A stretch of 64,000 nt of DNA from Nitrospiraceae bacterium (GTDB lineage Bacteria > Nitrospirota > Nitrospiria > Nitrospirales > Nitrospiraceae). The translations under genes were made by a program, and so were the position numbers. The stretch lies in the NCBI GenBank assembly GCA_050246315.1, contig JBFWWG010000002.1:428811-492810 (forward strand), in the 5' to 3' direction. A model generated the notes under the pieces. The model saw only the letters and a program-made list of their open reading frames with translations. It was not told the origin of the DNA and did no database searches. This document shows positions 9,701 through 19,723 of this stretch, one piece after another (position 1 is the stretch's first letter; every line of letters starts with the position of its first letter).

Positions 9701-10908
9701 GGCACGATCTCCTGAACCCGGAATCGATTGCCTTCCTGCGTCACGAGACTCGGGACCGCGACCAGGCCGAACCGCTCATACATGAGCTGATTCGCCCAGT
9801 AGACCGGACGGTGCAACAGCCGAGCGAGCGGACCGACATCCCCTTCCGTCACGAGCAGTTTCAGCGGACGGTCCTCGTGAGCCAGGAGGTAGCGCTGAAC
9901 CCATTGCACCTGTTCCTGCGAGTGGCCATTGAAGAAGATGAGCGTATGGAGCAGCTTCACCTTGTCGAGCGGATTCACGGTCGAGCCGGCCCTGATGTAG
10001 AGGGTGCCGGTCTTTGGATCCGTCACGTCATCAGGAAATTGCACGGTCGCATCCACCAGGAAGCTGCGAGATTGCTGCACCTCCGGCAAGGGAAGATGCG
10101 GACCTCGATTGATCTTCCGAGCCGTCGCGTCCTCCGCACGGCGCTTGATCGCGTTCCAATCCGCCCTCGCCACCGCCTCGCTCAACACTTGTTTCATATC
10201 GCGCTCGGCAATCGACCAGGTCGGAGAATCCGTCCGGATCCGCCGATGCCCGCTCGGCATCGGGAGACTTGGCCGCGCTTCAGTGGTCGGGCCTCCTTGC
10301 AAAAACCCTCGCTGGCGCCGGTCAAACCACTCCGCGAGTCCACGATAGGGTCTCTCTTCCCGCACCAGAACCTCCAACAGGTGGCGAACGGACGTCGAGC
10401 CGATCACCACTGCATCATGGTCCGCTTTCACGATCGCGAGAGCCGGGACTTCCGAGACCCCAAGCCGACCGTAGAGCACCGGGTCGATCGAGACCGATGC
10501 CAGTAGCGCTTCATCGTTGCCCATCAATTGCCGGAACCGTTCGCCCGTCGCCTTGAAGGACAATTTGACCGGCCCGTCGGCGGACGAAGGCGCATCGAGC
10601 AGACCCCGGATCACGATGCGCGCGCCGAGCAGCTTCGCCTCGACAAAATATCCCTTGAGCACTTCGTCCGGCATGGACAGGGACAGGAGCAGATAGATCC
10701 CATCCCGATTGACCTCGCGAGGCTCCCGGCCTTGGAACGGTTGCCCCACCGTCCGGGAGAAGCGCGCAATCTCTTCCGCCACCTCGCGGGGTGACCGTTC
10801 TGGTTCCTGAGATTTCCTCGAAGACTCGCCCGCACTCGACCAGGATAGGGTTTCGCCGCAGAGCAGCCCCGCCACGACCAGCACCGACAGTCCCCGCTTT
10901 CCCATCAT
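9697..10908 (-). CDS. traW: TrbC-TraW fusion pilus assembly protein
   Basis: N-half SLSMP...IVIRGL...IDPVLY (TrbC-like); C-half WSIAERDM...GSTVNPLD...RFGLVAVPSLVTQEG (TraW-like). Confidence 0.85.
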   Translation of the reverse strand: MMGKRGLSVLVVAGLLCGETLSWSSAGESSRKSQEPERSPREVAEEIARFSRTVGQPFQGREPREVNRDGIYLLLSLSMPDEVLKGYFVEAKLLGARIVIRGLLDAPSSADGPVKLSFKATGERFRQLMGNDEALLASVSIDPVLYGRLGVSEVPALAIVKADHDAVVIGSTSVRHLLEVLVREERPYRGLAEWFDRRQRGFLQGGPTTEARPSLPMPSGHRRIRTDSPTWSIAERDMKQVLSEAVARADWNAIKRRAEDATARKINRGPHLPLPEVQQSRSFLVDATVQFPDDVTDPKTGTLYIRAGSTVNPLDKVKLLHTLIFFNGHSQEQVQWVQRYLLAHEDRPLKLLVTEGDVGPLARLLHRPVYWANQLMYERFGLVAVPSLVTQEGNRFRVQEIVP

Positions 10909-10943
10909 GATGAAGACGACCTCCTTCTCTGAATCACTGCCAC

Positions 10944-11489
10944 CTACCAGATCGGAGTGACCACCCCTCGGAGATCCTCCGCCCTCACATAGCCGTAGTA
11001 CCGGGAGTCGAAGGATCGCGGATGGGGCAGGGCCACGTAATACTGGCCCGGTGGAATCGGACTCTCGAGCATCGCCAACCGGATCGGTTGCCCGAGTCGA
11101 TCACGCTCCAGACCTTCTCCGACCACTGCACCATTCACCAGCACCTGCCTCCCTCGCACTTCCACCCGATCACCCGGCACCCCGACGAGGCGCTTCGTCC
11201 AGAGCATCCCGACCCTCGTGTAGGGCCTGGCTGGGGCAGCCGGCTCCACCCGATCGGCAGAGGCCTGCGCCATCACGAACGCCACGAGATCGCCCCGCTG
11301 CGGCTCGCGCCCTTTCTCGATCAGGAAGAGCCGGTAGTCCGGCAGGCTGTCGTCCGACCGGAGCGCAAGCTGATACCAGGGACTCGCCAGGGCCAGTACC
11401 GGCCAGATCAGCCCGATCCCGAGGATGGCGAGCGCCAGCTTCGGATGCCGGTCATGCCACTCGTTCACCCGTTGCAACAGCCTTTTCAT
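10944..11489 (-). CDS. S26-family conjugative signal peptidase (TrhF-like pilin maturase)
   Basis: DSLP, KRLVGVPGD and SFDSRYYG motifs; one TM segment. Confidence 0.85.
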   Translation of the reverse strand: MKRLLQRVNEWHDRHPKLALAILGIGLIWPVLALASPWYQLALRSDDSLPDYRLFLIEKGREPQRGDLVAFVMAQASADRVEPAAPARPYTRVGMLWTKRLVGVPGDRVEVRGRQVLVNGAVVGEGLERDRLGQPIRLAMLESPIPPGQYYVALPHPRSFDSRYYGYVRAEDLRGVVTPIW

Positions 11490-13983
11490 GTTCCTGCTCC
11501 AGGATGAGGTCGATGGCCCGATCAATCGTCATCTCGGGACCCCCCGCCTTCACGATGCGATCGATCAAGGCCAGTTCCTCCGCCTTGGTGGAGTACAGCA
11601 ACTGTGTGCGCCGATCGACGGTCAGCCTGCCGATCCCGCGGCCGTGATTGGCCGTATAGAAGAAGATCTCCGAATAGCCGGCGCCGCGATGGACGGATCG
11701 CAACAGTTGATACTCGAACTCGCTCAGGATCAGCCGGCCCCGCTGCTTGATGGACTCGATGCTCTCCGGCTTCTGCTTGAGCAGGAAGACGAAGTCGGAA
11801 TTGGCCAGCAAGGCCGCCCCGGTCTGTCCCATCTTGTCGTAGTAGTCGTTGATGCCCTGGGTGATCGTCATGATGGATCCCCCGTACTTCCGGACCCGCC
11901 GGACGCCTTTCTCGAAGAACGCCGACACGTTGCCTCCCTGGGACAGGAGGTCCCAGGCTTCGTCCATCGCGCAGATCTTCCGCCTGGCCCGGTCGCCCTG
12001 GTACATGGCCACCTGGATGTTCATGATCATCTGCAGCAGGATCACCGAGCGCAGGTCCGGGAGCGCATCGAGGCCGTCCAGCTCCAGCACATAAAAGTCC
12101 CGCTCGAACTGCATGTTGTTCGGGCCATTGAAGAGATCGCCATAGTTTCCGGCCGCCGTGTAGGGAAAGAGCTGGGTGCCGAGATCCTTGATCCGCTGAT
12201 CCTCTCGTTCCTGCCCCATTTTCAGCAGCGCCGCCGCCACATCGGTCGGCGTCGACTCGCCTCCTTTGTCAGCGAGCACCTGGATCAAGGCCTGCTCCAG
12301 GCAGGACAGCTCCAGATCGGTCAGCGCCCGCGAGGGGGAGAGCATCTGCGCGAAGATCGCCTTGATCATCGCCAGCTCGTCCTTGCGGTCCGCTTCCTCC
12401 TCCGGCGACTCGGCTTTCCGGTCATAGCGGCCGATCACGCGCGACAGAGGGTTCAGGCACAGTTTCCTCGCCTCGCGCGAGAACTGCATGAACTGCCCCT
12501 TGAGGTGCTCGCACAGCTTCATGTAGCTCTTGCCGGCGTCGATGACCCAGGCCTGGCCGCCGGTGGCCAGATAGGACCGGAAGAAGAAATTCGCGAAGAA
12601 GCTCTTGCCCGCCCCCGAGTCGGCGGCGATACAGATGTTGAAGTTCCCCTCCGTATTGGCGAACACATCCAGACTCATCATCTGGCCGGACCGAGACGTG
12701 AGCAGCATCACGGGCTGCCCCATGCCCTTCCAGTCGCCGACGATGGGAGCCAGGTGCGCGGGGACGTCCGAGTGGACCGTCTTGAGCCGGCGCAGATCAT
12801 CACGCAGCAGTGGGACATTCGAGGGAAGCCCCATCGGCAGGCCGAACAGGAACACGCGGAACCCGATGAAATGGTCGTCCTGCAGCAACCAGTCGTGCGT
12901 GCGATAGATCGCCTTGATGGCCGAGCTGTGCTTCTCCAACTCCTTGGGATCGTCTGCGTACAGCGCGGCCTGGACGTACAGCCCGATGGTCTGCTTGCCT
13001 TCCGCGACGAGCGCCATCATGCGGTTGAAGTGATGGAGTTTCTTCTCGAAGATGGGAATGAGCTTCAGCATGAAGCCCACCGCCTGGTTCGTCACCACGA
13101 CGTGCTTCTTCCGGAGCGCGGCGACCGAGTTGACCTGGTCCAGCTTCACCGCATTGAGCGTGAGGAAGAACGGACAGGTGATCTGGTCCATGCCTCGCAG
13201 GAGACTGCCGATCAGCTCCCGGTTTTTGGATCCGTGCCACTCCTCGGGAAACTGCTGCACCGTCAGGCTCTTGACGAACTTCCCATCGAGTTCGAACATG
13301 CGCGCGTGGAGTTTCGCGTAGGTATCCCGCGCCACGACCTGGTCGCTGATCAACTGCGTCGAGTTGTAGGAAGGCGGGCGTTCCTCCCAGACATGGCCCG
13401 GGCTGAGCAGCGTATGGAGCAGCCAGATGAGTTCCAGCGGAGGGACTCTGACCAGCGGCAACCCCACGTTGCGCAGCGTCTGCTCCACCCCCTCGAGCTG
13501 TTCGACAATGTCCTCGAACTCGATCCCGTTCGGATTGTCCTCTTTCAGGGGCATTGTGACGGACACATAGACGTTGAAGTCCCGGGGCCTGATGCCCGAT
13601 GTTGGGATCAACCGTGTTCCCTGCGACTCCAGGAAAAACTCCCTCGTGCGTGTCGCATCCCGGAGGAACCGGGAGTCCGGATCCCCCCGATCGCTCAATC
13701 CCACGTGCGCATCCAGATAGGGCTGGATCACCGGCGAGGCATGGATCATGAGCTGGTAGGTGGTGCCGGTCGGCGCCTGGCTCGATTCGAACAGGTTCGT
13801 GAGCTTCTGAATCGTGTCCGGTCCCATGCCCAACAAGGGCGGACTTTCCCAGACGCAGCCGATCCGGCCGTCCGCCAGCCGGTACACCTGGTTGTCCGGA
13901 TCATAGGCATGGTGCGGCAGCCAGTCACTAATCGACGTCCGCGCGATCATCTTTCTCGCAAAATACTCAAGCAGGGTCGACAT
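11452..13983 (-). CDS. traC: Type IV secretion ATPase TraC (VirB4 family)
   Basis: Walker A ADSGAGKS, DAGKSY, MDEAW, RRVRKYGG; 843 aa. Confidence 0.95.
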   Translation of the reverse strand: MSTLLEYFARKMIARTSISDWLPHHAYDPDNQVYRLADGRIGCVWESPPLLGMGPDTIQKLTNLFESSQAPTGTTYQLMIHASPVIQPYLDAHVGLSDRGDPDSRFLRDATRTREFFLESQGTRLIPTSGIRPRDFNVYVSVTMPLKEDNPNGIEFEDIVEQLEGVEQTLRNVGLPLVRVPPLELIWLLHTLLSPGHVWEERPPSYNSTQLISDQVVARDTYAKLHARMFELDGKFVKSLTVQQFPEEWHGSKNRELIGSLLRGMDQITCPFFLTLNAVKLDQVNSVAALRKKHVVVTNQAVGFMLKLIPIFEKKLHHFNRMMALVAEGKQTIGLYVQAALYADDPKELEKHSSAIKAIYRTHDWLLQDDHFIGFRVFLFGLPMGLPSNVPLLRDDLRRLKTVHSDVPAHLAPIVGDWKGMGQPVMLLTSRSGQMMSLDVFANTEGNFNICIAADSGAGKSFFANFFFRSYLATGGQAWVIDAGKSYMKLCEHLKGQFMQFSREARKLCLNPLSRVIGRYDRKAESPEEEADRKDELAMIKAIFAQMLSPSRALTDLELSCLEQALIQVLADKGGESTPTDVAAALLKMGQEREDQRIKDLGTQLFPYTAAGNYGDLFNGPNNMQFERDFYVLELDGLDALPDLRSVILLQMIMNIQVAMYQGDRARRKICAMDEAWDLLSQGGNVSAFFEKGVRRVRKYGGSIMTITQGINDYYDKMGQTGAALLANSDFVFLLKQKPESIESIKQRGRLILSEFEYQLLRSVHRGAGYSEIFFYTANHGRGIGRLTVDRRTQLLYSTKAEELALIDRIVKAGGPEMTIDRAIDLILEQEHEKAVATGERVA

Positions 13984-14031
13984 GACGCTCTCTCTCCGAA
14001 TGACAGGCCGATCGTTTCCGGAAGCCGGAGC

Positions 14032-14736
14032 TCACGGGAAATTCGGCCCGAAGCCATAGGAATCCACGGGCGAGGCCGGCGTTCCATTCATGGGCGATGG
14101 GCCCGGATGGCTCGGAGCCCCTGGCATACCGTTGACTCGCGGCTGCGCCATGGAATGACGGCTCTCGTCCTGAAGGTTGAGATCCTGATAGGGACTGGGA
14201 CCCGACCCTGTCCCTGAGGCAGCGCCGGTCCCCCCGGTCTTGCCGCGACTCGCTCGTTCAACCATCCGTGACGTCTTCGGCAAGAAATCGGCGCCGGGCC
14301 GAGCGCCGTGCGGGACGCGACGCATGCCTTGCCGGTGGCCGTAGACAAAATGCGCCTCGCTCAGCACGACGTACAGCTGAGCCGAATCGTGCAGCCGGCC
14401 CTTCGCATCCTGATAAGGAGCGATCCAGACTCGCAGGACGTCCGCCGGGACCAGGACCGGCTTGCCCAGATAGGAATCGATCGTCCCCGCCAACGGTGGC
14501 GCTGGCGGAAACCCCTCCTTGGGGCCGGTCGGATTGCGACCGTGACTCTCCTGCGCGAGATCCTGGGATGGAGGAGACGGCTCAAACCTCCGATCGAAGT
14601 TCTCCGAGACCGACCGGCAACTGGCGGATTCAGGATAGCCCTTGCAACTGAATTGCGACTGATACCCGCACCCCCATAATAGGGTGAGCGCCATCGCCAT
14701 CGAGCCAGTCCCAACCTTTCCGCCGATCCGTCGCAT
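14032..14736 (-). CDS. traV: TraV lipoprotein
   Basis: Lipobox-like LLWGC, FSC..C.SV, VLRVWIAPYQDAKGRLH; ATG 14736 after AAGGAG. Confidence 0.88.
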   Translation of the reverse strand: MRRIGGKVGTGSMAMALTLLWGCGYQSQFSCKGYPESASCRSVSENFDRRFEPSPPSQDLAQESHGRNPTGPKEGFPPAPPLAGTIDSYLGKPVLVPADVLRVWIAPYQDAKGRLHDSAQLYVVLSEAHFVYGHRQGMRRVPHGARPGADFLPKTSRMVERASRGKTGGTGAASGTGSGPSPYQDLNLQDESRHSMAQPRVNGMPGAPSHPGPSPMNGTPASPVDSYGFGPNFP

Positions 14737-14765
14737 ACTCAATCTCCTTTCGCGAACCACGGTTC

Positions 14766-15593
14766 TTATTGTCCAGCCGAGGGGCCAGGATTCGGCCGAA
14801 CCTGGCCCAGGATCTCCTCCGCGGAACGATGCCCGAGCATAAGGGTGCCGTTCGGCAAGAAGATCGACGGGGTGCTCGACACATGCAGGTCGTGACCCAG
14901 TTTGAGATTCTCGTCGATCGGATGGGCACAGGGCTGCTCCGGAGATGGGACCGGCTGACCGGCCAGGGCGTGATCCAGCATGGCCACCTGATCCTCCGCG
15001 CACCAGATCGCGACGGACTTGCGATAGGCATCCGGGTGCGGACGCACCAGCGGGTAGAGCACCACCGCGACGGGCACACCGGCCTGAACAATCTTCTTCA
15101 CTTCAGGATGAAATTTGCGGCAGAAGGGACAATCCGGATCATCGAACAGCACAATCGGGCGCAGCGCAGGCTCCCTCTGTGCCTCGGCTTGTGGTTTCAA
15201 CAGAATGACCTTGGAGAGATCCAAGCCTGAGAGCACCTCCTGCTGCTTGCGCCTCAAGTATTCCCTGGTCAAGTTCCGTCCGGAAGCCAGGTCGAACAGG
15301 CCACCCGAGAAGACGTACCGCCCGCTCTCATGGACATACAGGATGCTCGCCTCCAACGCCGCTCCGTCGGTCTCGACCAGATACCAGCCAGCGATCTCGG
15401 TTGGCGAGAGATGCTTGATTGTCACTCCGGGGAACTTCGCCTCGAATGTTGCTCTGACCGCCCCTTCCGGAAGTTCCTCCGCAACAACGGGCCCTGAGCC
15501 ACAGAGCATCGCGACTACGACCAGAGTGACCCTCATCGAGAGTCCCAGAAGATCTGCTGTTCGCATGAGCACACTCCAACATAGTCCGGTCAT
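14766..15593 (-). CDS. dsbC: DsbC-family disulfide isomerase
   Basis: FDDPDCPFC, AIWCA, cis-Pro STP motif, signal peptide. Confidence 0.9.
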   Translation of the reverse strand: MTGLCWSVLMRTADLLGLSMRVTLVVVAMLCGSGPVVAEELPEGAVRATFEAKFPGVTIKHLSPTEIAGWYLVETDGAALEASILYVHESGRYVFSGGLFDLASGRNLTREYLRRKQQEVLSGLDLSKVILLKPQAEAQREPALRPIVLFDDPDCPFCRKFHPEVKKIVQAGVPVAVVLYPLVRPHPDAYRKSVAIWCAEDQVAMLDHALAGQPVPSPEQPCAHPIDENLKLGHDLHVSSTPSIFLPNGTLMLGHRSAEEILGQVRPNPGPSAGQ

Positions 15594-15613
15594 CGACTTG
15601 CTCCCTTCGGGTA

Positions 15614-16963
15614 TTATTGGATCGGCACCGCCGACGGGTTAAACGAACCCGGTGGGCTGTACACGCTGCTGGATGGAGCAGAGGACAAGAAAAACTCCTC
15701 GAGTTCCTTTCCATCCGACACAATGAAGTCCACCTCCCGATCCGCTGAGATCTCGATGATCGGGAAAATCGAGGAGGCCATCACGGCGTAGTGGCGAGCC
15801 AGCAACGACGCCGCGTTCCCCGCTCCGCCCGCCACCCCCGCCATTGCGAGCTGGCCCGCCGGCGGAAACGTGAAGGCTTGCGACGGACTGCTGGAGATGA
15901 CGAAGCCCTGCTGAAACGGCATGAACGCGCGGCTGATGCCCGACACGAATCCGGCCAGGAGCGAGCGCGCCAACATCGCCCCCTCTTTCATCACCACCGG
16001 CCCGCGCATACCAGCTTTGCCGTCCTCGCCGGCGACGAAGCCTTTGATGGTCATGTCCACCGCTGTGCCGTTCTGCCGGACGCAGGAGATATTCACCCCG
16101 CGGATCTGCACGCGCTCCGACGACAATTCCGCGAGCCCTTCCCCCATTAAGAAGCAGTCGGTGGCATGCACCCGAAAGTCATTGGGGAGTTTCATCAGAT
16201 CCCGGATCTGCATCAGGATGGGAGAGGGACTGTTCCCCATCGCGCCTCCGCCCCCTCCCGTAGCGCCGGCGGTCCGCGCCGGCGCATCCAAGCCGGAGAG
16301 CAATTTGACAGGCACGATCGTGCCGGTGGGCAGCCAGTACTTCTTGGGCTGATTCGTCCGAAGGGACACCGGCTCGACCCGGAAGGTGCGGATGCCATCG
16401 GTCGGTGCCACAATGACATCTTTCTTCTCACTGCCGACCTGGCGAGCCGGGATGGGCGCGGAGGCCGTGCCTGGAACCCGCGGCGGAGTGCCGGAGCGCT
16501 GGTCACTGGCATCCGGCCCTTGGGTCCAGGTCGAAGGAAGCGGGGGCGGCAGGACCCCGTTTCGCACGGCTGTCTTGTCCGCTCGCCCGTCGCCCGTCGG
16601 CCTGAACTCAGGCTTGAGCGGCTCCTTCTCCTTTGCCTCCATGCGCACGCGAAGCGCATCGATCATCCGCCGCAACTCCTCCTTCTCTTGCGACAGCGCC
16701 TCGATCCGTTTCCCCGCCTCCGCACGCCAGATCTCCTGGTCCGTTTTCGCCGCATCCAGCGAGACTGGTTTGGACTGCGCCTGGGCCTTGGCCCCGTGAC
16801 TGCCGGGTGTCCGGAATTGGTTGAGCCCCACCGTGCCGACGGCGAGCACGACGAGACCGATCAGCCCGATCAGCCATTTCGACGGCGGCGTCTTCGGTTT
16901 CCGGTTCGGATCACCGCCCGGATTGAGAATTGGGCTTGTTGGTTTCTGCTGCATCGGATTCAT
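15614..16963 (-). CDS. traB: TraB (VirB10 family)
   Basis: TM plus coiled coil plus Pro-rich linker; LLSGLDAP, LSSERV, GEDGKAGMRG. Confidence 0.92.
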   Translation of the reverse strand: MNPMQQKPTSPILNPGGDPNRKPKTPPSKWLIGLIGLVVLAVGTVGLNQFRTPGSHGAKAQAQSKPVSLDAAKTDQEIWRAEAGKRIEALSQEKEELRRMIDALRVRMEAKEKEPLKPEFRPTGDGRADKTAVRNGVLPPPLPSTWTQGPDASDQRSGTPPRVPGTASAPIPARQVGSEKKDVIVAPTDGIRTFRVEPVSLRTNQPKKYWLPTGTIVPVKLLSGLDAPARTAGATGGGGGAMGNSPSPILMQIRDLMKLPNDFRVHATDCFLMGEGLAELSSERVQIRGVNISCVRQNGTAVDMTIKGFVAGEDGKAGMRGPVVMKEGAMLARSLLAGFVSGISRAFMPFQQGFVISSSPSQAFTFPPAGQLAMAGVAGGAGNAASLLARHYAVMASSIFPIIEISADREVDFIVSDGKELEEFFLSSAPSSSVYSPPGSFNPSAVPIQ

Positions 16964-17029
16964 GTCGTCATCCTCTTTCGCCTCGGCGCGGACAAGCCTT
17001 CCCCCGGAGTACAGCCCGACCGTGCCGCT

Positions 17030-17779
17030 CTATTTCGCCGCCGGAGACGGAACCAGATCGATCCACAAGACTCGCACCTCTTCGCCCGATTCGATGACGT
17101 GGCGATTCAAGGCGATCGCGAGCTCCTTTCCCGTGAAAAACTCCGACTCACGGAGCGTCTGCGTCCCGGACGTCTTGTTCGCCAGCCGGTATGCCATCAC
17201 GCGATAGCGTGGACAGCGGGATTCGATCCCCTTGACGACCTCGAGCTCCATCCACTTGGGGTACTGCTCCGGGTCGATCGGTGCGGAATGGCAGCTTCGC
17301 GGCAAGTCTTCCAACGCCGCACGCCGCATCAACTCGACGAGCCCATCCACGTAGTCCGTCGCCATCTTGACGGGATCGTCTTCCCCCTGCCCTCCTTCCG
17401 CCCGATCGTCCTGGACCGTGATCCGTTGCGTCGATTCCTCGCTGGCCACCAGTTCGAAGACGTAGGCCTGTCTGCCGGCCATCACCACGAGATCCGCCGG
17501 GCTCGTGCGGACGCGAACCATGACATACCGGCCCTGCGCCTTCGCCTCCAGATCCGGTTTGGAGCTAGAGACGGACGTCACCTCTTCGGGCAGCTCGATG
17601 ACATTGATGTCACGAAGCGACACCGCCGCCCGCAGCGTCCGGCTATCCTCGACGGTCAGTCTCTGATCGGCCTGACTGAACGGCGGACTTGCCAGCGCGA
17701 GCGCGATCGCGATGCTGGCTGCTGATCGCCACAATCTCAGGCCTGAAGTCTTTGAATCGCAGTGTGAGATGGTATTCAC
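17030..17779 (-). CDS. traK: TraK secretin-like protein (start uncertain)
   Basis: Signal peptide, VSLRDINVI, YRLANKT....LRESEF; lies between traE and traB. Confidence 0.8.
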   Translation of the reverse strand: MNTISHCDSKTSGLRLWRSAASIAIALALASPPFSQADQRLTVEDSRTLRAAVSLRDINVIELPEEVTSVSSSKPDLEAKAQGRYVMVRVRTSPADLVVMAGRQAYVFELVASEESTQRITVQDDRAEGGQGEDDPVKMATDYVDGLVELMRRAALEDLPRSCHSAPIDPEQYPKWMELEVVKGIESRCPRYRVMAYRLANKTSGTQTLRESEFFTGKELAIALNRHVIESGEEVRVLWIDLVPSPAAK

Positions 17780-18248
17780 GCTCCTCCTCCGCCACCAGAA
17801 TCGACCCCGAAAACCGGCGTTCCAACCCGCTGATGATCACGTCGTCACCGACGATCTCCGTCGCGTCTGGGAAGAACACCCGATTGAGGTTATTCCCGAC
17901 GATGTAGATCCGCTCGGCCCCCAATCCTTCCGACATCATCCCGTACTGCTCCGGCGCCACGTAACGCAGCAGGACCGTGTGGCCGAACTCGACGGATCTC
18001 GGCGTGACATTCGTGACGAACGGCAGCAAGGTCAGGGCGATCTGCCGCCGGTACTCGTCCGAGACATTCCCGTCCGAGGTCACCAGGTATTCCTGGGAGA
18101 CCGACGCGGGAACCACGTGGAGAATCTCCACCCGGCGATACAGGCCGTTCGCCATCAAGGCCAGCACCAATCCGATGTTGGCCAGGAGCAGGAAGAACGC
18201 GATGGCCCGCGTGCTGTAGAGATCCTTCACATAGCGTCCGATATGCAT
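17643..18248 (-). CDS. traE: TraE
   Basis: N-terminal TM, VVP, NVTP.SV, LLRYVAPEQYG; follows traL. Confidence 0.85.
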   Translation of the reverse strand: MHIGRYVKDLYSTRAIAFFLLLANIGLVLALMANGLYRRVEILHVVPASVSQEYLVTSDGNVSDEYRRQIALTLLPFVTNVTPRSVEFGHTVLLRYVAPEQYGMMSEGLGAERIYIVGNNLNRVFFPDATEIVGDDVIISGLERRFSGSILVAEEEREYHLTLRFKDFRPEIVAISSQHRDRARAGKSAVQSGRSETDRRG

Positions 18249-18255
18249 GCGCTCC

Positions 18256-18555
18256 TCACTCGATCAACTCCCGAACCGTTCCATCCGGCCCCAACGGCAG
18301 GTCGAATCCCGGGATCCCGTACCAATAAGCGAAGTGGAAGATGAATCCGTCGCTCTTCCCGCTCTTCAGCGTGGAAATCATGAACGTGCACAGGAGGCCG
18401 ACGACGAGCAGAGAGGTCAGCTGCCGCGTGAGGATGCCGATGAAGCCGCAGAGAATCAGCACGATCAGTTCATCCAACTCCCACCAGGCGATCTGTGGCG
18501 GACTGTCCATATATCTCGGGATGAAGACCTGCATCGTGACCCTCCGTACCGACAC
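18256..18555 (-). CDS. traL: TraL
   Basis: IPRYMDSPPQIAWWELDE and HFAYWYG motifs. Confidence 0.9.
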   Translation of the reverse strand: MSVRRVTMQVFIPRYMDSPPQIAWWELDELIVLILCGFIGILTRQLTSLLVVGLLCTFMISTLKSGKSDGFIFHFAYWYGIPGFDLPLGPDGTVRELIE

Positions 18556-18646
18556 CCACCCGCTGACCCGTGGACCCGGATCTGTCGCCGTGAACCAGAA
18601 CGGGATGGAGTCGTCTGTGCAACCCCATCCCGATCGAGCCTGTGCC

Positions 18647-18955
18647 TTACATCAGTCCCGTGGTAATGGTCGGGATCACGGTTGGCAAATAAAAGGACCC
18701 GGCTGCGACGCCGAATCCGGTGAACATGTAGCCCCACCGGCCGGCCATCGCAGAACCCAGCCCGATGGCCCCGGCAATCAGGCCCAGCAAGGTGCCGAGC
18801 GAACCCTGCATCCAGCCCGTCAACAGGGTGTTCAGCGGCCCGAACGTCGCATCCGCTCCCGCAAACGCCGGAACCGCCAGGATCGCCAGGCTGGCGAAGA
18901 GCACCATCGCTATCATGCCCAGAACCGCTGTCATCTTCTTCACGAGGTTACGCAT
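18647..18955 (-). CDS. traA: Conjugative pilin TraA
   Basis: Leader ending AFA, then two hydrophobic helices (WMQGSLGTLL); first gene of the tra operon. Confidence 0.85.
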   Translation of the reverse strand: MRNLVKKMTAVLGMIAMVLFASLAILAVPAFAGADATFGPLNTLLTGWMQGSLGTLLGLIAGAIGLGSAMAGRWGYMFTGFGVAAGSFYLPTVIPTITTGLM

Positions 18956-19162
18956 GTGGAACCCTCCCCGTTCTATCCTCGGATCATTCAGAGCTGAAAC
19001 AACTGATCGTGCAGCCATGCCGAACAAAGTAGGTCACCAGACCGTCTTAGTTGCTCACTGAGTCACCTCTCTTTTCTGCATCGCAGTGGCCGGCCCCAGC
19101 CGTTTTATACGGAACGTCGGATCAGCCTCGGAAGTACGGCAGTGCACCGCCCGCGATTCGCC

Positions 19163-19594
19163 TCATTTCCCTTGATCGTTCCGTCGCCCCACGCGTGCTC
19201 CAGAGTCTAACCGCACCGTCCCATGATGGAGATCCGTTCCTGCTCCATGATCTCCTCCGAGTGACTCCGCGTTGCTGATCGCGGTGGGCCGACTGCCAGA
19301 CGGTTGTTTCGGCAACAACACGGGCAGAGACCTGACTGTCTTCAACAGTGATGACAGCGCTTCTGGAGCCGGATCGAGGATCCGAGCGGATGGAAGAGGC
19401 GAGAGCAGATCCGATTCGGGACAGGTCATCGCCGTTCCAAGCACATACTGAGGAGTCTCTTTCACCATCACGATTCCACTGGGAAGCAGGAACTTCCGTT
19501 CACACAGCTTGACGACTGTTGCCGCCTGGACAGCGACCGCGGACCAGACAAGCACGCCCGCCGCTAAGAGACTCATCGTTCCCCATCGCATCAA
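19163..19594 (-). CDS. Hypothetical exported protein
   Basis: AAGGAG RBS, signal peptide ending VQA. Confidence 0.55.
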   Translation of the reverse strand: MMRWGTMSLLAAGVLVWSAVAVQAATVVKLCERKFLLPSGIVMVKETPQYVLGTAMTCPESDLLSPLPSARILDPAPEALSSLLKTVRSLPVLLPKQPSGSRPTAISNAESLGGDHGAGTDLHHGTVRLDSGARVGRRNDQGK

Positions 19595-19723
19595 CCACTC
19601 CTTCTGCGCCAGCAGGGTCTCGCAGCGGCGTCACTCTAGAAGGCACGACGCTCCGCCACCCTGACGATTTCACCGAGAGTATTACCGACTGATGGTGAGC
19701 GCGAAGGAGAGTGCGGCAGCGCT

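Noticed and set aside
11425..14217. 930-aa + strand ORF and similar long antisense ORFs (6089-7909, 16166-17725, 31842-32975, 23891-25027)
   Set aside because: Antisense shadows of recognisable genes in GC-rich DNA, with no motifs of their own
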